A stretch of 64,000 bases of DNA from Podarcis erhardii (taxonomy: Eukaryota): assembly GCA_964252035.1 (NCBI GenBank), contig OZ176211.1; one strand, given 5' to 3'. The notes below the pieces were generated by a model, which worked only from the letters and a program-made list of their open reading frames with translations, was not told the origin of the DNA and searched no databases. Below are positions 21,571-35,245 of this stretch, piece after piece. Every line of letters starts with the position of its first letter. Positions within the stretch are counted from its first letter, which is position 1. Both the position numbers and the translations under genes were made by a program.

Positions 21571-23559
21571 AATCAAGTTCATACAAATGAGGAACCAAGT
21601 AGGATTCTTATGACTATAGTAGCAGGAAACAGGCTCCCTGAGAAAACTATATCAGTGTGACTCAGAAGCTGGCCATCCACAACATGGATTTCCAAGGGAA
21701 AGAGGCAGGGTGATGGAGTGAAATGCTAAATAAAGTTACCTGCAGAAACTGAGCTGTTAAAATGGTCAAATGTTTAATCTTTTGATTGAATTGGAATTAA
21801 TATTACTGTTAGCAAAAAATAATGTGCTGGTATATTTGCATTAATAATTACCGTACAATACACTTCCCTTAGCGAGCTGTATTGTGCCAGTGCCCATTGG
21901 AATTGCTTTTGCTGCTGTTCTACTATATTCATTGATTTTAATTACTTTTGTATTATTTTAATATGTTGGAAACCAGTGGTGTATTTTCCTATAAATGAAA
22001 CGTGTTATATAAATGTTTATAATAAATAGTGCCAGACCCTACTAGGCCTGTAGGTAAATACCTTGAGGTTGAGCCATACTGAGTAGCTATGCATCAGAGA
22101 GAGAGAGACGCAAATATGAATATATCTGAAAGCAATATTGATACTGCTACAAATCAGGAACCATTACATAATACTTAAGACACAGTATTATGCAACCAGC
22201 GTGTATTTTTATTTATTGCAAAAAAATCATCCCATTAACCAACAAGCAGCAGTCCTCTTGTGAGTCCTGGTGGTCATTTTTTCCTGCCCCCTGCCAAATG
22301 TTTGTCCGCTCAGGTTCAGCGCTTGTACCCTGTCTACTTTTGGTATTGAGCACTTTATACCTTGATTTATTTATTTGGGGAGGGGGGAGGAGATGCTCTG
22401 AAGATTATTATATTTAAGAAGCTCTTGGATTCTCTTTGCCTTCCACTCTTATTGCTGCACTGATTTATTTTCCTATTCCATATATTGCATTTTACCATCC
22501 GCTGCAACTTTGCAATTCTGCTGCTACTGTGATCAATCTGTTAGCTTTACCTAGTTGAATCTACAGTATTTACTGCCCCCCCACACACACACTTTCCCCT
22601 TTTCAACCTGACTGGACATTTGGCACGTTGGTGGTCAACTGTGATAATATATGGGTAAGGGGGAAGGGGTTTTGTTCAGATTCAAGTAGTTTTGGGAAGA
22701 AGTGGCAGTGGAGGTACAATAAGCTAGCTGAAGGAAATGGGGTGGGGGGCAGGTGTATATCTCAAAGTGTCCTGTTATTTCCCAGTCCTTGTCCCAGTAC
22801 ATGAGACCAAAGTTGCTCTGCCAATTTGCCCTCAGTCCTGGTGTTACTGCTGTTACATGCCGGATCAGTCCAGATTAAATAAAAACAAATCTTATACAGG
22901 ACTTGATCCCACATTGAATGACTGACTTATATCACTGTTAGCTGAGTTAGATGATCTGGAGGAGCTGAGCTTTCCCAAATTTGCCCCTGTTTCTTGATGT
23001 AGCACAAAACAAAATTGAGGGCCTAGGGTGAGGGGTTAGCAGTGGTCTGTCTCCATTTCCAGTGCCTCTGTCAAGATAAGATCTGGTTATCTGTGAGTAT
23101 ACGTGGTGTTAGATGCATGGCCCAGACACTGGCATCTTGACCACCCCAATTTCCAATAAGTTCCCCAACCTCAGCTGACAGAGATAGTCTTGGATATGTT
23201 ACCAAAGACATCTAGGTTTATGGTTCTGGAGAACCTCAACATTCATTCTAGGACTGCCTTGCCACAGGTGTCTCAAGACTTCATAGCTTTAATGGCAGCC
23301 ATAGACTTGTCCACACTTTGGGTCTGAGCAGGAAGATGGTGATTTGAGAATGGGGGATTTTTTCTTGATTCATTTTTTGTGGTCAGAACATTCCCTGGTG
23401 AGATTTAAAACTCACAGTGGCCACTTCCTTCCAAAGGAGTAGTGGACCTATCTGGAAAGATTGATTCTCAGAGTTGTCTAGGAGTTTGCAGTAGACGTAT
23501 TCCTGATAAAGCCCTTGTTTCTCTGTGGGATACTCAGATTATTGTAGGCATTGACACAA

Positions 23560-23770
23560 CAGCTCCCATCTACTCTTTTCCACTGCATGGAGCCCGGTTC
23601 AGCCCAGCTCCTTAGTTTACCCAGAATCTGGGGTAACAAAGCAATTAGGAATTAGACAGAAAAGATTGCACATCCCTGATGGCTGGCCTGTGTCAGAAGA
23701 AAGACAGAGGACTGTAGTCCTACCGATTCTCCTGGACCTCTTGGTGGCTTTTGAGACCGCCAACCATTTT
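23560..23770 (+). mobile_element. Old L2 RT remnant
   Basis: Translates to VVLPILLDLLVAFETANH, similar to the L2 motif LLILLDLSAAFDTIDH. Homology may extend further left. Confidence 0.55.
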
Positions 23771-24204
23771 ATCCCTTAGTAATGGTGTGTATGTATGGCA
23801 GTCTAAATACACAAGCAGATATTTTTTTTAAAAAGAAACCCTCTGCAATGTAGTTGTGCAGAAAATACTTCTCAGATATTGCTAGAAATACATGCATTTC
23901 CACAGTTTTAGGGGCAGAAATAGAGTCGTGTGAAATATCTGCCACCAACGCTATAGAAAAACCTATTAATGATGACAGGTGGCAAGGGATCTCCACACAG
24001 TCTATCATCATCAAGAGGAGACGCTAAGACTGTATAAACTGCCAAAATGGCTTACTTGAAGGTCGTTTGTGCTGTTTTGTGCCACAAAAATAGCTCAGCA
24101 ATTGGGGGGAGGGACTGTAGCAGCCTATGGTCAGTATGACAAGATGTGTTTCTATTTGTATTGTAGTAGTTATATCCAAATTTGTGTATACTTCTCTCTA
24201 TCAT

Positions 24205-24205
<1 letters not shown>

Positions 24206-24282
<77 letters not shown>
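24206..24282. repeat. Compound (GT)n(AT)n microsatellite
   Basis: Direct observation. Confidence 0.98.
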
Positions 24283-24284
<2 letters not shown>

Positions 24285-27200
24285 CACATAAATTAGCAAA
24301 TGTTAGGAAATTTCCTCTTTTTTGGTGATGAATTAGGTGCCCACCCTAAATAACAACTTAGGAGGGAGTCAGTTGCCTTCAGAAAAGCAGCCGTTTCATA
24401 TGCACCCATCCAGGGTACTCAAAAACTTAAAAACACAGGAGAGTCACTTTTTAATCTCCAGAGAGATGGTGCCAAGTGGAAGTCATCAGGAGGGCATTCC
24501 ATAATGATATGTACATAGACTGCCATGCTCTTACAGTTGCTTCAGCTGATCTTTAGTTTTCAGGTGAATGAGACACAGAGTTGGACCCCCTCCAATGCAG
24601 TGGAAGAAGTGAGGCATAATGGTCAGACGTGTGATAGAATTCCAGGAGGAGGTGGCTCAATACAGAGTTCTGAAGTTCTTTATTCCTGATCTTGACTTCC
24701 ATCCTCCCTGGTCTCATCAAATTTATCCATTTGTTTGTTTGTTTTCTTTGCATACCACCCCTGCAAGCAAGTTCGGCATGTGGTTGGCAGAGACATAAAA
24801 GATACAAGCCACAACAAAATGCTCAAACCAGAATAAAACAAATCTTTCTATCTAGCTGTATATACACATGTGTTTTATGCTGATTCTACGTCGTGGGGTG
24901 TGTGAGAGAGTGTGCATGCATGCATGTGTGCCTGGCAAGACATAAAATCAGCATAAAATGCACAGCTGGTAAAACAGTTTAAACCAGCAAGGGAGTGCTT
25001 GGTGCAAAAACTGAGGCACCTGATGGGTTGTAGTGACAAGGAGGTCTTCACCTGGAGCCTTAAAGACCATAGTGTGGAAACCAGATAGTCCTCCCTGGGA
25101 TTGCATGGATCAGGCACCACCACCCTTCCTGGCAACCATCTGCCACAATTAATTGGGGGAACTTGGAGAAGGGCACCCCAAGAAAATATTGCGGTCCAGG
25201 TAGCTACGTATAGGAGAGAAAGAGCCTTCTGATAGCATGTCCCCAAGTTGCTTAGAGAACCTTCAAGAGGAAGAGCAGAGTATTGGTGGCGATAAGTTGT
25301 AGTAGTATCAGTAGTAGTCAATAATGATGTAAAGGCTTTTACAAATGGAAGAAAACTGTATCTCCACATTGTGAGCCTGTATATGTTCATGGCCTGCTTT
25401 TGCACTGATTCCAGAAAGGTAATGAAGCCTATTTAGACATAGATTGGTTCCGATTCATTACAGAATGTCATGACCAGGCAGCGCTGAGAGTTTTTCATTT
25501 GACAATTAGCCCTTTCAGCCTCGAAAAGATTTAAAACCAGAGGGGGGAAAAATAACATCTGTTATTCTGCAATGAAAATGAACTCCTCCAGTGACAGGCT
25601 GGCTGAGTGACTGATGGATGATGCAGGACAAGAGGGACAAGGACTGAGTTGCTCTGTGGGGGCGTCATTTTAGAGGTGGTGCCCCGCGATGTGCTGAAGC
25701 AACGAAAGAGAAACAATCTAATATCCAGTTAAGTGTGAGCAACCTGGGCCAAGGACAGTTAAGGTTCCAATAGTATGCACACTTACCTAGCAATAAGCTG
25801 TTCTGAAAAAATGTGTATAGGAGTGCATTACCAATATCATTCAGTTTTAAAGAGATTTAAGGCCTAGGCTGCAGATGGGCAGGGTACAACAACAACAACA
25901 ACAACAACAACTTGCCACTGCCTCTGAGGTTGCTCCCAGGCCATTCCAAGTATAATTTTCAGGCGCCTGATGCTCATCATCATCATTATTTATTAAATTT
26001 TTATCCCACCCTATACCCACAGGTATACCATATATTGAGTGCCTTTATGATCCTTCCAAGTGGTAAGGGGAATTCTGCCATGCATCAGCTGCTGATGTGC
26101 ACTAAAATGTTGCCTTCATGGGCTCATTGTATGGAGGCCCACAAGTTAGCCACACCTGGTGAAAGTGGAACAGGTTGAATTGAATTTTGGGTCTTCTCTT
26201 CAGTTGAAGAGGTTTGGCTGTAAATTAGGGATGGGGGATTTGTGACCTCCCCCTAGATGTTTTTGGACTCTAGCTCTCCTCGTCGCTGACCACTGACCCT
26301 GCTGGCTCCCATGATGGGAGCTGAAATCCAACAGCATCTCGTAGACCTCAGATTCCCCATCCCTGGTTTAAATCCTTCAGCCATTCTTTTGACAGGTTGC
26401 AATCACCCAAACCTTTTTCATAGAGGTTTTTGTGAGGATAAAATTAGTTTGCCTGAGGTCCTTAGGCAAGGACAGGTACAAATGCGAAGAGAAATATTAT
26501 ATCTGTACATCACAATTTTGTTTATACATCAGAAGGGTTTGTTCTTCTCTAAATGATGGCTTTGAAAGAGGAGATGTGGACAGATTTGGTTTGGATTGCC
26601 CAGTTAGGCCTACTTATAACTGGCTCATTTTGAGCACCGCAATTTAGATGGCTCAGTAATGTTGCTAATGACTATTGAAAACTCATCATGGCAATTAGAA
26701 GCAGGAGTATTTCATTACCAAAAGCTCTGACACTAGTGCACACCGCAAGTACGTTTTAGCATGTTCTGCAGAGAAGTTGTTTACAGGGAAGCAATTAGCT
26801 CCCTGTTGTTCCAAATCCAATTGAATGTGCATTCTCAGGACAGGCTGGGGAATGAGGAGGAGAAGGAAGGTGAAATGAAACTAGCTTTTCATCCTGGCTC
26901 AGGGATTGGGAGGGAGACCACAGCCACTTAGGTCTGTATTTGTTAATATAAGGACTGCCCTCTGGGACTAGCAAACAGAGAGTACCCTTGGCCAAAATTA
27001 TTTTACTGGGCCATTTGAGGGGAAGCAACCTTTATCTGTCAGCCCTGAGTCAAAGGCAGGCAAAGTCTATTAAAAATTGTTCCCCAAGCATCTTTGTGCT
27101 TTGCCCTCTTAGGTTTTAAATTGTTATAAACCTTGCAGAAGCAACACTATTACTTTCACTACAAACTGTTTAAGCACAGCATATTGAGATACAGGTCTTC

Positions 27201-28839
27201 TAACACTACAAATATTCAACTTTAAGTGATAAAATCAATAAGTAGAGAAGGAAACCATACAAATCAAACATTTTTGAATTCTGCCTTCCATCTTACAAAT
27301 TTAATTTTAGACATTCCGGTTCAAACCATTGCTATTTTTCTTGTTCCCAATGCGTCACATATAGAATTCTATCAGCTACAATCATGTGCCAGAGATAGCT
27401 GATGACCCTCACAGTCCCTTCCAACTCTACAATTCTATGATTCTGAGGTCTAGAAGACACCATGTTGGTAATCCATGATATATGCAACTGATTCTGCATG
27501 GCCTAGAGTTACAAGCCAGGAAGTGAAGCCTGGTGGGAAGTCTGCTTGGAGCAACAATGTCTATTAGAGGACATTTAGCAATGAATGCATTCGCTTTGCA
27601 TGCAAAAAGTTCAATCCCCAACATCTTCAGGTGAGCCTGGGGAAGAAGTAGACATCTATGTGACTCTCCTTTAACTGCCATGGCTTCCATCAAGGAAGAT
27701 GGTGAGAATTCTCCTCTACACAAAACTACAGTTCTTAAGATACCCCAGGAGAGGAAATGACCATGACTATTATAACCTTTTGATCTTTAAGTGAACAGCA
27801 ATATTGAAAATGTAACACATGCTCTAATATCAAACCCACAATAGATTTGGTTGTTGGTAATCTAAAAATGTTTGTAGATGTTTTTAATGTTTGTAGATGT
27901 TCTTAATTGTTTTTAAATGGTTTAGGTTATGTTTTGTTCAGTTTTTAATTGTATTGCTTTTACTCTGTTGTTCTTGGCTGCCTGGGCTCCCTTGGGAGGA
28001 AGGGTGAGAGAGATACTTAAAAAACAAAAGCAGCAGTAGCAGCAACAACAGAGCGAGGGGTTCTTTTAAAGTAATAAGCTTCTTAGAAGGACCTATCTTT
28101 CACCTGAATAACTCAGTAGGAGTGAGCAACCTGGTTGTCATTGCTGGTTTACACTTCTCTCCCCACCCCCAGCTTCCTTTAATTTTTATTTCATCTTTGC
28201 AGGACTCCCAGAATTCAGCTCCTGGGGTCAAGAGTTTTTGCTTTTTTGACTTGCTGTAAGTTGGTAGCCCTGATAATAAACAGTGAGATCAAGCCTCCAG
28301 TTCAGAAGCAAGGCTTAAGCCAATAAACTCTCACATCCCAGCTGGAAAAGGGCACCATGACTTTCTCTCCTGTGCTAGCAGATGTAATGCCTGGGCATAT
28401 TTACAGTGGGATAGAACAGAGTGACGGACTGTTTGCCTGTCATAGCTGTGCACCCTGCCTCTGCCGGACCAAGGTGTCCTCATTAAAGCTTGTTCCAAAT
28501 TTAGCTATTGCTGGGAGCATGTGCCCCTAGCATAATCAAAGGCCCTGTATCCACAGCGATGACAGAGAGCATCTGGAGTCATAGGACTCGCCAAACGTTC
28601 TAATAAGGTGTGAGGTGGAAAGAATACACAGCCACGCTAGGTGAATTAATTCTCTCTCCCTCTCTATGACAGAACGAAATTGGTTTTTGTATCTCCCCCC
28701 CCCCCCCGCTTTGCAAATGCAATTAAGCACAAAACAAATCCCAGGTATTTCCTCATCCTAGAGCTGTAGCGATAACAGAATCTTGACACTTTACATTACT
28801 AATCCCCTTTTTTTCTCTCACTTTAATTTCATTCTGCAG

Positions 28840-28892
28840 ACGTATCAGCATTCGTATACAGCTTTTTATGTCCTCCGAAAACTGCCTGATGG
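28840..28892 (+). CDS. DPP6: DPP6 internal coding exon (53 bp): TYQHSYTAFYVLRKLPD(G)
   Basis: CTGCAG acceptor ending at 28839; GTAAGT donor at 28893. Phase 0/2. Matches recalled DPP6 IYQHSYTGYYVLSKIPHG. Confidence 0.93.
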
Positions 28893-29158
28893 GTAAGTGA
28901 TATGATGTGGTACCTGGGGTTTCTGCAGATTAGGAGAGCTGCTGGGAAGCGAACCGTCCTAAGCAATGTGGGCTTGTGTCCATTGTGTGCTTTAACCATT
29001 CAACACTGGCAGAGCCTATAATGGAATAAGGGCCTTTCCTTGAAAAGGGAACACAATGAATCTCAACGTTGAACAGCATGATCCAGTAGTGAGCAGCAAA
29101 GTGTTGCACTGATTCCAGCTCCACCCACGTCCCTTCCTTCATCCTTCATTTTAGAATA

Positions 29159-29384
29159 CAGTGGTGCCTCGGGTTACATACGCTTCAGGTTACACACTCT
29201 GCTAACCCAGAAATAGTGCTTCAGGTTAAGAACTTTGCTTCAGGATAAGAACAGAAATTGGGCTCTGGTGGCACAGCAGCAGCAGGAGGCCCCATTAGCT
29301 AAAGTGGTGCTTCAGGTTAAGAACAATTTCAGGTTAAGAACGGACCTCTGGAACGAATTAAATACTTAACCTGAGGTACCACTG
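29159..29384. mobile_element. Tc1/mariner-type MITE (CAGTGGTACCTC family)
   Basis: TIRs with flanking TA. Confidence 0.93.
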
Positions 29385-29389
29385 TAGTG

Positions 29390-29705
29390 AGAGAAACCTG
29401 CTGAATCAGACCAAAGGTCCATCTACTCCAACATCCTGCCTCCTGTTGGAAGCCCACATTCAGGACCCAAGCACAATAACTCTCTTCTGCTGTTATTCCC
29501 GAGCAACTGTATTCAGTGCCTCCAATTCCAGCAGTTGCACATAGCCATCATGACTATAGCCTTATCCTCCATGAATTTGTCTATTACTCTTTCAAAGCTA
29601 TCCAAGCTAAAGGCCGTGATCACATATTTTGGAAGCAAGTTCCACAAATTCATTATGTGCTTTGTGAAGAAACGCTTCCTTTTGGCTGTTCTCAAGTTTT
29701 GTAAC
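29390..29705 (-). mobile_element. CR1 3' fragment
   Basis: Minus-strand peptide LRTAKRKRFFTKHIMNLWNLLPKYVITAFSLDSFERVIDKFME resembles the CR1 ORF2 end. Confidence 0.8.
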
Positions 29706-29754
29706 AAACATCTTCTGAGTCATCCTCATTTTGCAGCATTCAACTGGCATAAAA

Positions 29755-29756
<2 letters not shown>

Positions 29757-29804
<48 letters not shown>

Positions 29805-30042
29805 TTTTATTTATATCCCGCCCTCCCCAGCCAAAGCCGGGCTCAGGGCGGCTAACAATAATCAAATAATCAAACATTCTAAAAATATTTCATTATAAAA
29901 ATTAATTAAAATCAAATTAATGGCAACCGATTAAGCAAAATTCTGTGCAGGTTGCCAGAGGAGGGAGTCAGGCTGCGCCCTGACCAAAGGCCTGGTGGAA
30001 CAACTCTGTCTCGCAGGCCCTGCGGAAAGATGTCAGGTCCCA
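29757..30042 (-). mobile_element. L2-type 3' fragment with (AAT)n tail
   Basis: Minus-strand peptide DLTSFRRACETELFHQAFGQG and the same tail as 14545. Confidence 0.75.
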
Positions 30043-31199
30043 CATCCTTTTGAACTTAACGTCTAGTCGTTTGTTGGACCTGATCTTCTGCACTTCCTCT
30101 CTGCACATGCCTGCTTTGCCAAGAGTGTGTCTCACGATGCAGTTACACAATTCCGCTAGCTGACGTGTTGCCACAGAATAACATCTTAGGTGAAACGCCA
30201 CCTCGTGCATTGGTTACTGACCTGTTTTTTATTTGCACAGGGGCTGTAACAACAGGGTCACATAGTAATATGATTTGGGGCTGGTGCAGCTAGTGGAAAG
30301 AGATTTCTTTCTGAAAACAGATGTCCAGAGGCTTATCACATCCCAAAAAAGCCCTTCAGAATAGTATTAATTTAGAACAATTAGCTTGCAGTGTGGACAC
30401 ACACTGAATCATTTGCACATCTGATTCAATCCTTCCATTTGTGTGAGCATCAACCTTGAAAATATAGTTTTAGTTTTACTTATTATCTACTTTATTAAAA
30501 TATTTTTAAACCACCTTTCATTGGCTTTGGCCCCAAAACACCTAAAGGTACATCTCTTCCCATGATAGACCTTCTAGGGTGTTACGATATGCAAGGAGGC
30601 AGAGGTAGACCTTAAAAGTACCATGCAATGCGGCATGGAAGGACCTTTTCTGTGTTGGCCCCACCATTGCATACATTTTGTTGGTGGGCCAAGATGCACC
30701 TTTTTGTATTGGGCTTTTGGTTGAAGGGTGAGTTGAGAGCTTCACTCCCTCTGTATTGTTGCTCGTGGTCTTACTTGCTGTGTGGTTGATACAACCTAAT
30801 TGATGGATTAGTGTTCTTGTGCACTACTTGGCTTACTTGTTGTTTTAGCCGTACGTAACCAGCCCTGAGACAGCATAGCAAAGGATGAGCTATAAATGCA
30901 CATAAATAAATATTTAAAACATCAGGGTGGTTTACAAAATAAGATCAAAAAAAGTCATATCGCCATGAAATATAGTCAGAGCATCTTTAAAAAGCAGTAA
31001 ATCACAACAGGAATGGCTAAACAACTAAAATAGCCAATGAGAACAAAGGGCAAGGTGGTCCACAGTTTTGATGCTATATCAGAGAAGGCACTCTATCTCT
31101 CATTGACTTGTAGAAAAACCTCCACAGCAGATTTTTAGCACATTGGCAGCCTGCTGTTCTACCAACTATATGGTTCCAAGCTGTTTCTTCAAAGCTATT

Positions 31200-31570
31200 T
31201 ATTTACGGTATGTATTTATTAATACCCCGCCCATCTGGCTGGGTTTCCCCAGCCACTCTAGGCGGCTTCCAACAAAAGTTTAAAAATACATTAAAACATC
31301 AGTCATTAAAAACTTCCCTGAACCTTCAGATGTCTTCTAAACGTCAGATAGTTGTTTCTTTATTTGACATCTGATGGGAGGGCGTTCCACGGGGGGGGGG
31401 GGGGTGCCACTACCAAGAAGGCCCTCTGCCTGGTTCCCTGTAACTTTGCTTCTCACAGTGAGGGAACTGCCAGAAGGCCCTTGGCGCTGGGTTGAATGAT
31501 GGGCTTTTAGATGCTCCTTCAGGTATACTGGACCGAGGCCATTTAGGGCTTTAAAGGTCAGCACTAACAG
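31200..31570 (-). mobile_element. L2 LINE 3' fragment
   Basis: Peptide LTFKALNGLGPVYLKEHL plus the shared L2 tail motif. Confidence 0.85.
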
Positions 31571-32123
31571 AAGTCAGCACCTTGAATTGGATCCACAAGC
31601 AAATAACCAGTGCAGTTAAGACTTACTTGTTGGTTTCCCTGTTATATGGTGGCACAATGATTACTTGTTGGTTACTGATTGCAAAGTTCAGCAAATAGTA
31701 ATCTTGTCCCAAGAGAGAGAGAGAGAGAGATTTCAGTAGGGGTTTTTTTTAAAAAAAAGGAGAAATCTAATTCTTTGTGACTGACATACAGTAAATTAGA
31801 TTCAACATTTCAAACAGCGGCTGTGAGGGCCTTTTAGATCAGAGCCGTAGTTCACTGCACACTGCAACTCACTGATCTGCTGTTAGATCAGATCTGTGTT
31901 CCTGGATTTCTATTGTATTCTTCATCAAAAGACGTTTTGTAAGCATGGGTTGGTCTGTAGACGGAGCAAGTCCCGTCCCCCCCTTTTCGGGGTGACCCAG
32001 TGAAGTTGATCAATCAGGAAAGTGGGGGCTGTTCTTCAAGCAATGCACCCAAATTATGGAATGCTTTCCCTGGAAATACGCTAGGTGCCAACTTTTTTTA
32101 CATTCTTGCACAATGCTAGGACT

Positions 32124-32221
32124 TTCTGCCCAGACATTTATGAAAAGTTCTCTTTCTCCTTCTGCCCAGACATTTATGAAAAGTTCTCTTTCTCCTTCTG
32201 CCCAGACATTTATGAAAAGTT
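32124..32221. repeat. 36-bp tandem repeat, about 2.7 perfect copies
   Basis: Unit TTCTGCCCAGACATTTATGAAAAGTTCTCTTTCTCC at 32124, 32160 and (partial) 32196. Confidence 0.95.
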
Positions 32222-33571
32222 AACCCACTGGTAGGTTTTAACCTTTCATATTAAATTTGCATTTTCCTCTTATTTATTTTATTTAAAAAAATGGAGTGTT
32301 GTTGCTGTTTCAGGTATTGTAACCTGCCCCTGAGACCTTTTAATATAGGGAAGGGTAAAAATACTCACTTCTGCAAGGTTAGGATAGCTCTTTCAACGGC
32401 TATCAGTCAAAAAAGCAAAACGAAATACTCGTGTTTGGAAGCGACGTTATGTCTAGTTGTGTTGTTTGCATCTGCTGGTATGCAGAAGGTTTTGCCAAGC
32501 CATGAGTTGATCCTTCACATTCCGGTGGAGGCTTACAATAGTTTTGCTGCAGGCTGATGTGGTTAGAAGTCTGCATAATCTGGATTTTCAGCCTGCCCAG
32601 AGTGGGTGGGGTACAAATAATAAGATTATTATTATTGCCTTCATGGCTGCCACTTGCTGATATGGTTGTGGCATTGGGCCCCATATCCCTCACCACACTT
32701 GTTTCAACCCTGACTCAACCTCACCTGCCATTACAGCCTCTCCATTCCCTTCTCACTCTGCTGTCCATCTCAAGGGCCGATTCACGCAATAAGCAAAATC
32801 ATGTGATAAACCCATTCTTCTGTTTGAGTTGTTAGCAACTGTCATTATGTTATAATAATAAATAAATATGTTCCTTGTACATTGAGGCCACAGGCCGCAA
32901 GAACTATATATTTCAGGTTTCCTTCCTCCATGGGAGAAACCTCCCTGAATTGTGGTGGTGGGAATGAGGGAGGAAAAAGGTTGAAAGAAGCTGGTTTTAA
33001 AAAACCATTCCGATCCAGAGCTTAACTTTCTTCATATTTAGATGTTCCCAGTTGTGTTGCTTGAGTTGGTTCATCTCATCTACCATTGTTAGTTTATAAT
33101 TTGTGCTTAGGAACATAGGATTGTCATCCTACTAAGTCATCCTCACAGTAGACCTATTGACACCAATGGGTCGAAATGGCTTAAACCTATTGGAGCCAAT
33201 GGAACTACTCTACATGTAACTAATGTTGAATATTGCCCATAGAAAACTGCCTTATTCCAGGTCAGACTGTTTGTCTGTCTAGTTCAGTGTTGCAGTGAGT
33301 CTCTATGGAAGGGCCGCCCAGTCTGAAGTCCAGACGTTCTTGGACTCCATCTCCTATATTGTTCAGCCATTAACCATACTGGTTGGTGCTGATGGGAGAC
33401 GGGGTCCAACACTACCTGGAGGGCCCTGTGTTGGCTATCCCTGCTCTGTAGCCTCTTGCAGAGGTCTTTCCCATCACTTCCTAACTGGTCTTTTAAATCG
33501 GTGATGCCCAGAAGCTTCAGCACTCAAATAATGTCTTTCACCACTGAGCTACAATCCCTCACTTGAAGATA

Positions 33572-33813
33572 CAGTGGTACCTCGGGTTAAGTACTTAATT
33601 TGTTCCGGAGGTCCATTCGTAACCTGAAACTGTTCTTAACCTGAAGCACCACTTTAGTTAATGGGGCCTGCTGCTGCTGCCGTGCCGCTGGAGCACGATT
33701 TCTGTTCTCATCCTGAAGCAAAGTTCTTAACCTGAGGTACTATTTCTGGGTTAGTGGAGCCTGTAGCCTGAAGCGTATGTAACCTGAAGCGTATGTAACC
33801 CGAGCTACCACTG
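33572..33813. mobile_element. Tc1/mariner-type MITE (CAGTGGTACCTC family)
   Basis: TIRs with flanking TA; inverted relative to the 17521 copy. Confidence 0.93.
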
Positions 33814-33874
33814 TATAGGGATTTTATAAAATCTGAAGAAAATGCTGTGTGCTGCAAACTGCCTTTCACATTCC

Positions 33875-33922
<48 letters not shown>

Positions 33923-34041
33923 TTTTATTTATATCCTGCCCTCCCCAGGCCGAAGCTGGGCTCAGGGTGGCTAACAACAATCAAATAATCCCACATTCTA
34001 AAAACATTCCATTATAAAGTTAATTAAAATCAAATTGATGG
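33875..34041 (-). mobile_element. L2-type 3' tail with (AAT)n
   Basis: Homologous to 29757-29930. Confidence 0.75.
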
Positions 34042-34702
34042 CATCAGTTTAGCTTGTGTCATTTTATTAAAATTATTTTTGATAAATGGTTAAGGTTTGT
34101 GAATTTAAGCCATTATGCAGTTTATTTATGCTGCTAGAGAACCAAATATCCACTGTCTTCCCTATCACACGTCATAGAGCCCTGATTCCTTTTTGCTGGC
34201 TGTGCTTCTATCCGCAAACCCTATCATTCATATTATCTCTGAGAGCTTTCCAGCCATTTGAGTGGAACCTTAAGGTTCGAGCCACCATTATCCAGAAGAA
34301 CACCTTTTATTATTCTTATTTTGCAAAGGGATGGTCCATTAATGCCCTTGTTTTCAGCAGCAGGTGTTCAAATTAGGGGCTTATTAGCACAGCAAAAAAC
34401 CTCCAGACTCCCGTGTCCATCTTCTCATTTGCTTCCCCCCCCCCTTCAGTCCATAATATTGTGGATCAAGTTCATGTTGCACTAGGCTGCCATCTAGTGG
34501 GTTCTCTTATTTCTGTAGCTTGGGCTGCTGTTTTGCTGCTCCACAAAGCAATTCACACAAAATGGTTAATGTGGTGTTCTTCTTAACGCCAGATTCCAGT
34601 TGTACTGCCCTGTGCTATGCTTCTGAGTTATGGAGAATCTAAACTTTAGGACAAGAATCCTTGTGTAGCTCTCTGTTTGACTGCACGACAGACTGCACAT
34701 CA

Positions 34703-34745
<43 letters not shown>

Positions 34746-35245
34746 TCTTCTTTTATATGTATTATTTCATATGCAAACAGTCTTTCCATTGAGAGCATTA
34801 CAAAACACATTCAGCTTTACTCCATCATAATGGTGTTGTGCAGAATCCTGTGGTTCATTTTCTTTTAGCATGGCAGGTTATCATAGTGTTCTTCTGCTGG
34901 CATTATAAAATGGTACTGAGGAGGATAGAAAGCCCTGATCACTCCCCCATTTCCCATCCAGCCTCTTGCAAGCATCTTGAAGGCCAAGTGACTCAGTGCA
35001 AATTAACAGACTCTGGCACATAACCGGATGGAAACCAGCCTCCCTTTCAGTACATTCTTTTTTTGGTGGAGTGGTTACTCTGTGCCACGTGAGTACAGCA
35101 GCAGCAGCAACAACAACAACAACAAGCATGATCATTGTTACCATAAAATCGTAGAGTTCAAAGGGACCTTAGAGGTCCTCCAATCAAACCCATGTCCATG
35201 GTGCCTGCCAAAGAAAGCTCAATTCCCATGCAATCAGCAGTTTGT

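Noticed and set aside
24875-25405. 176-aa minus-strand ORF
   Set aside because: No recognisable domain, low-complexity stretch, no second copy for a coding test.
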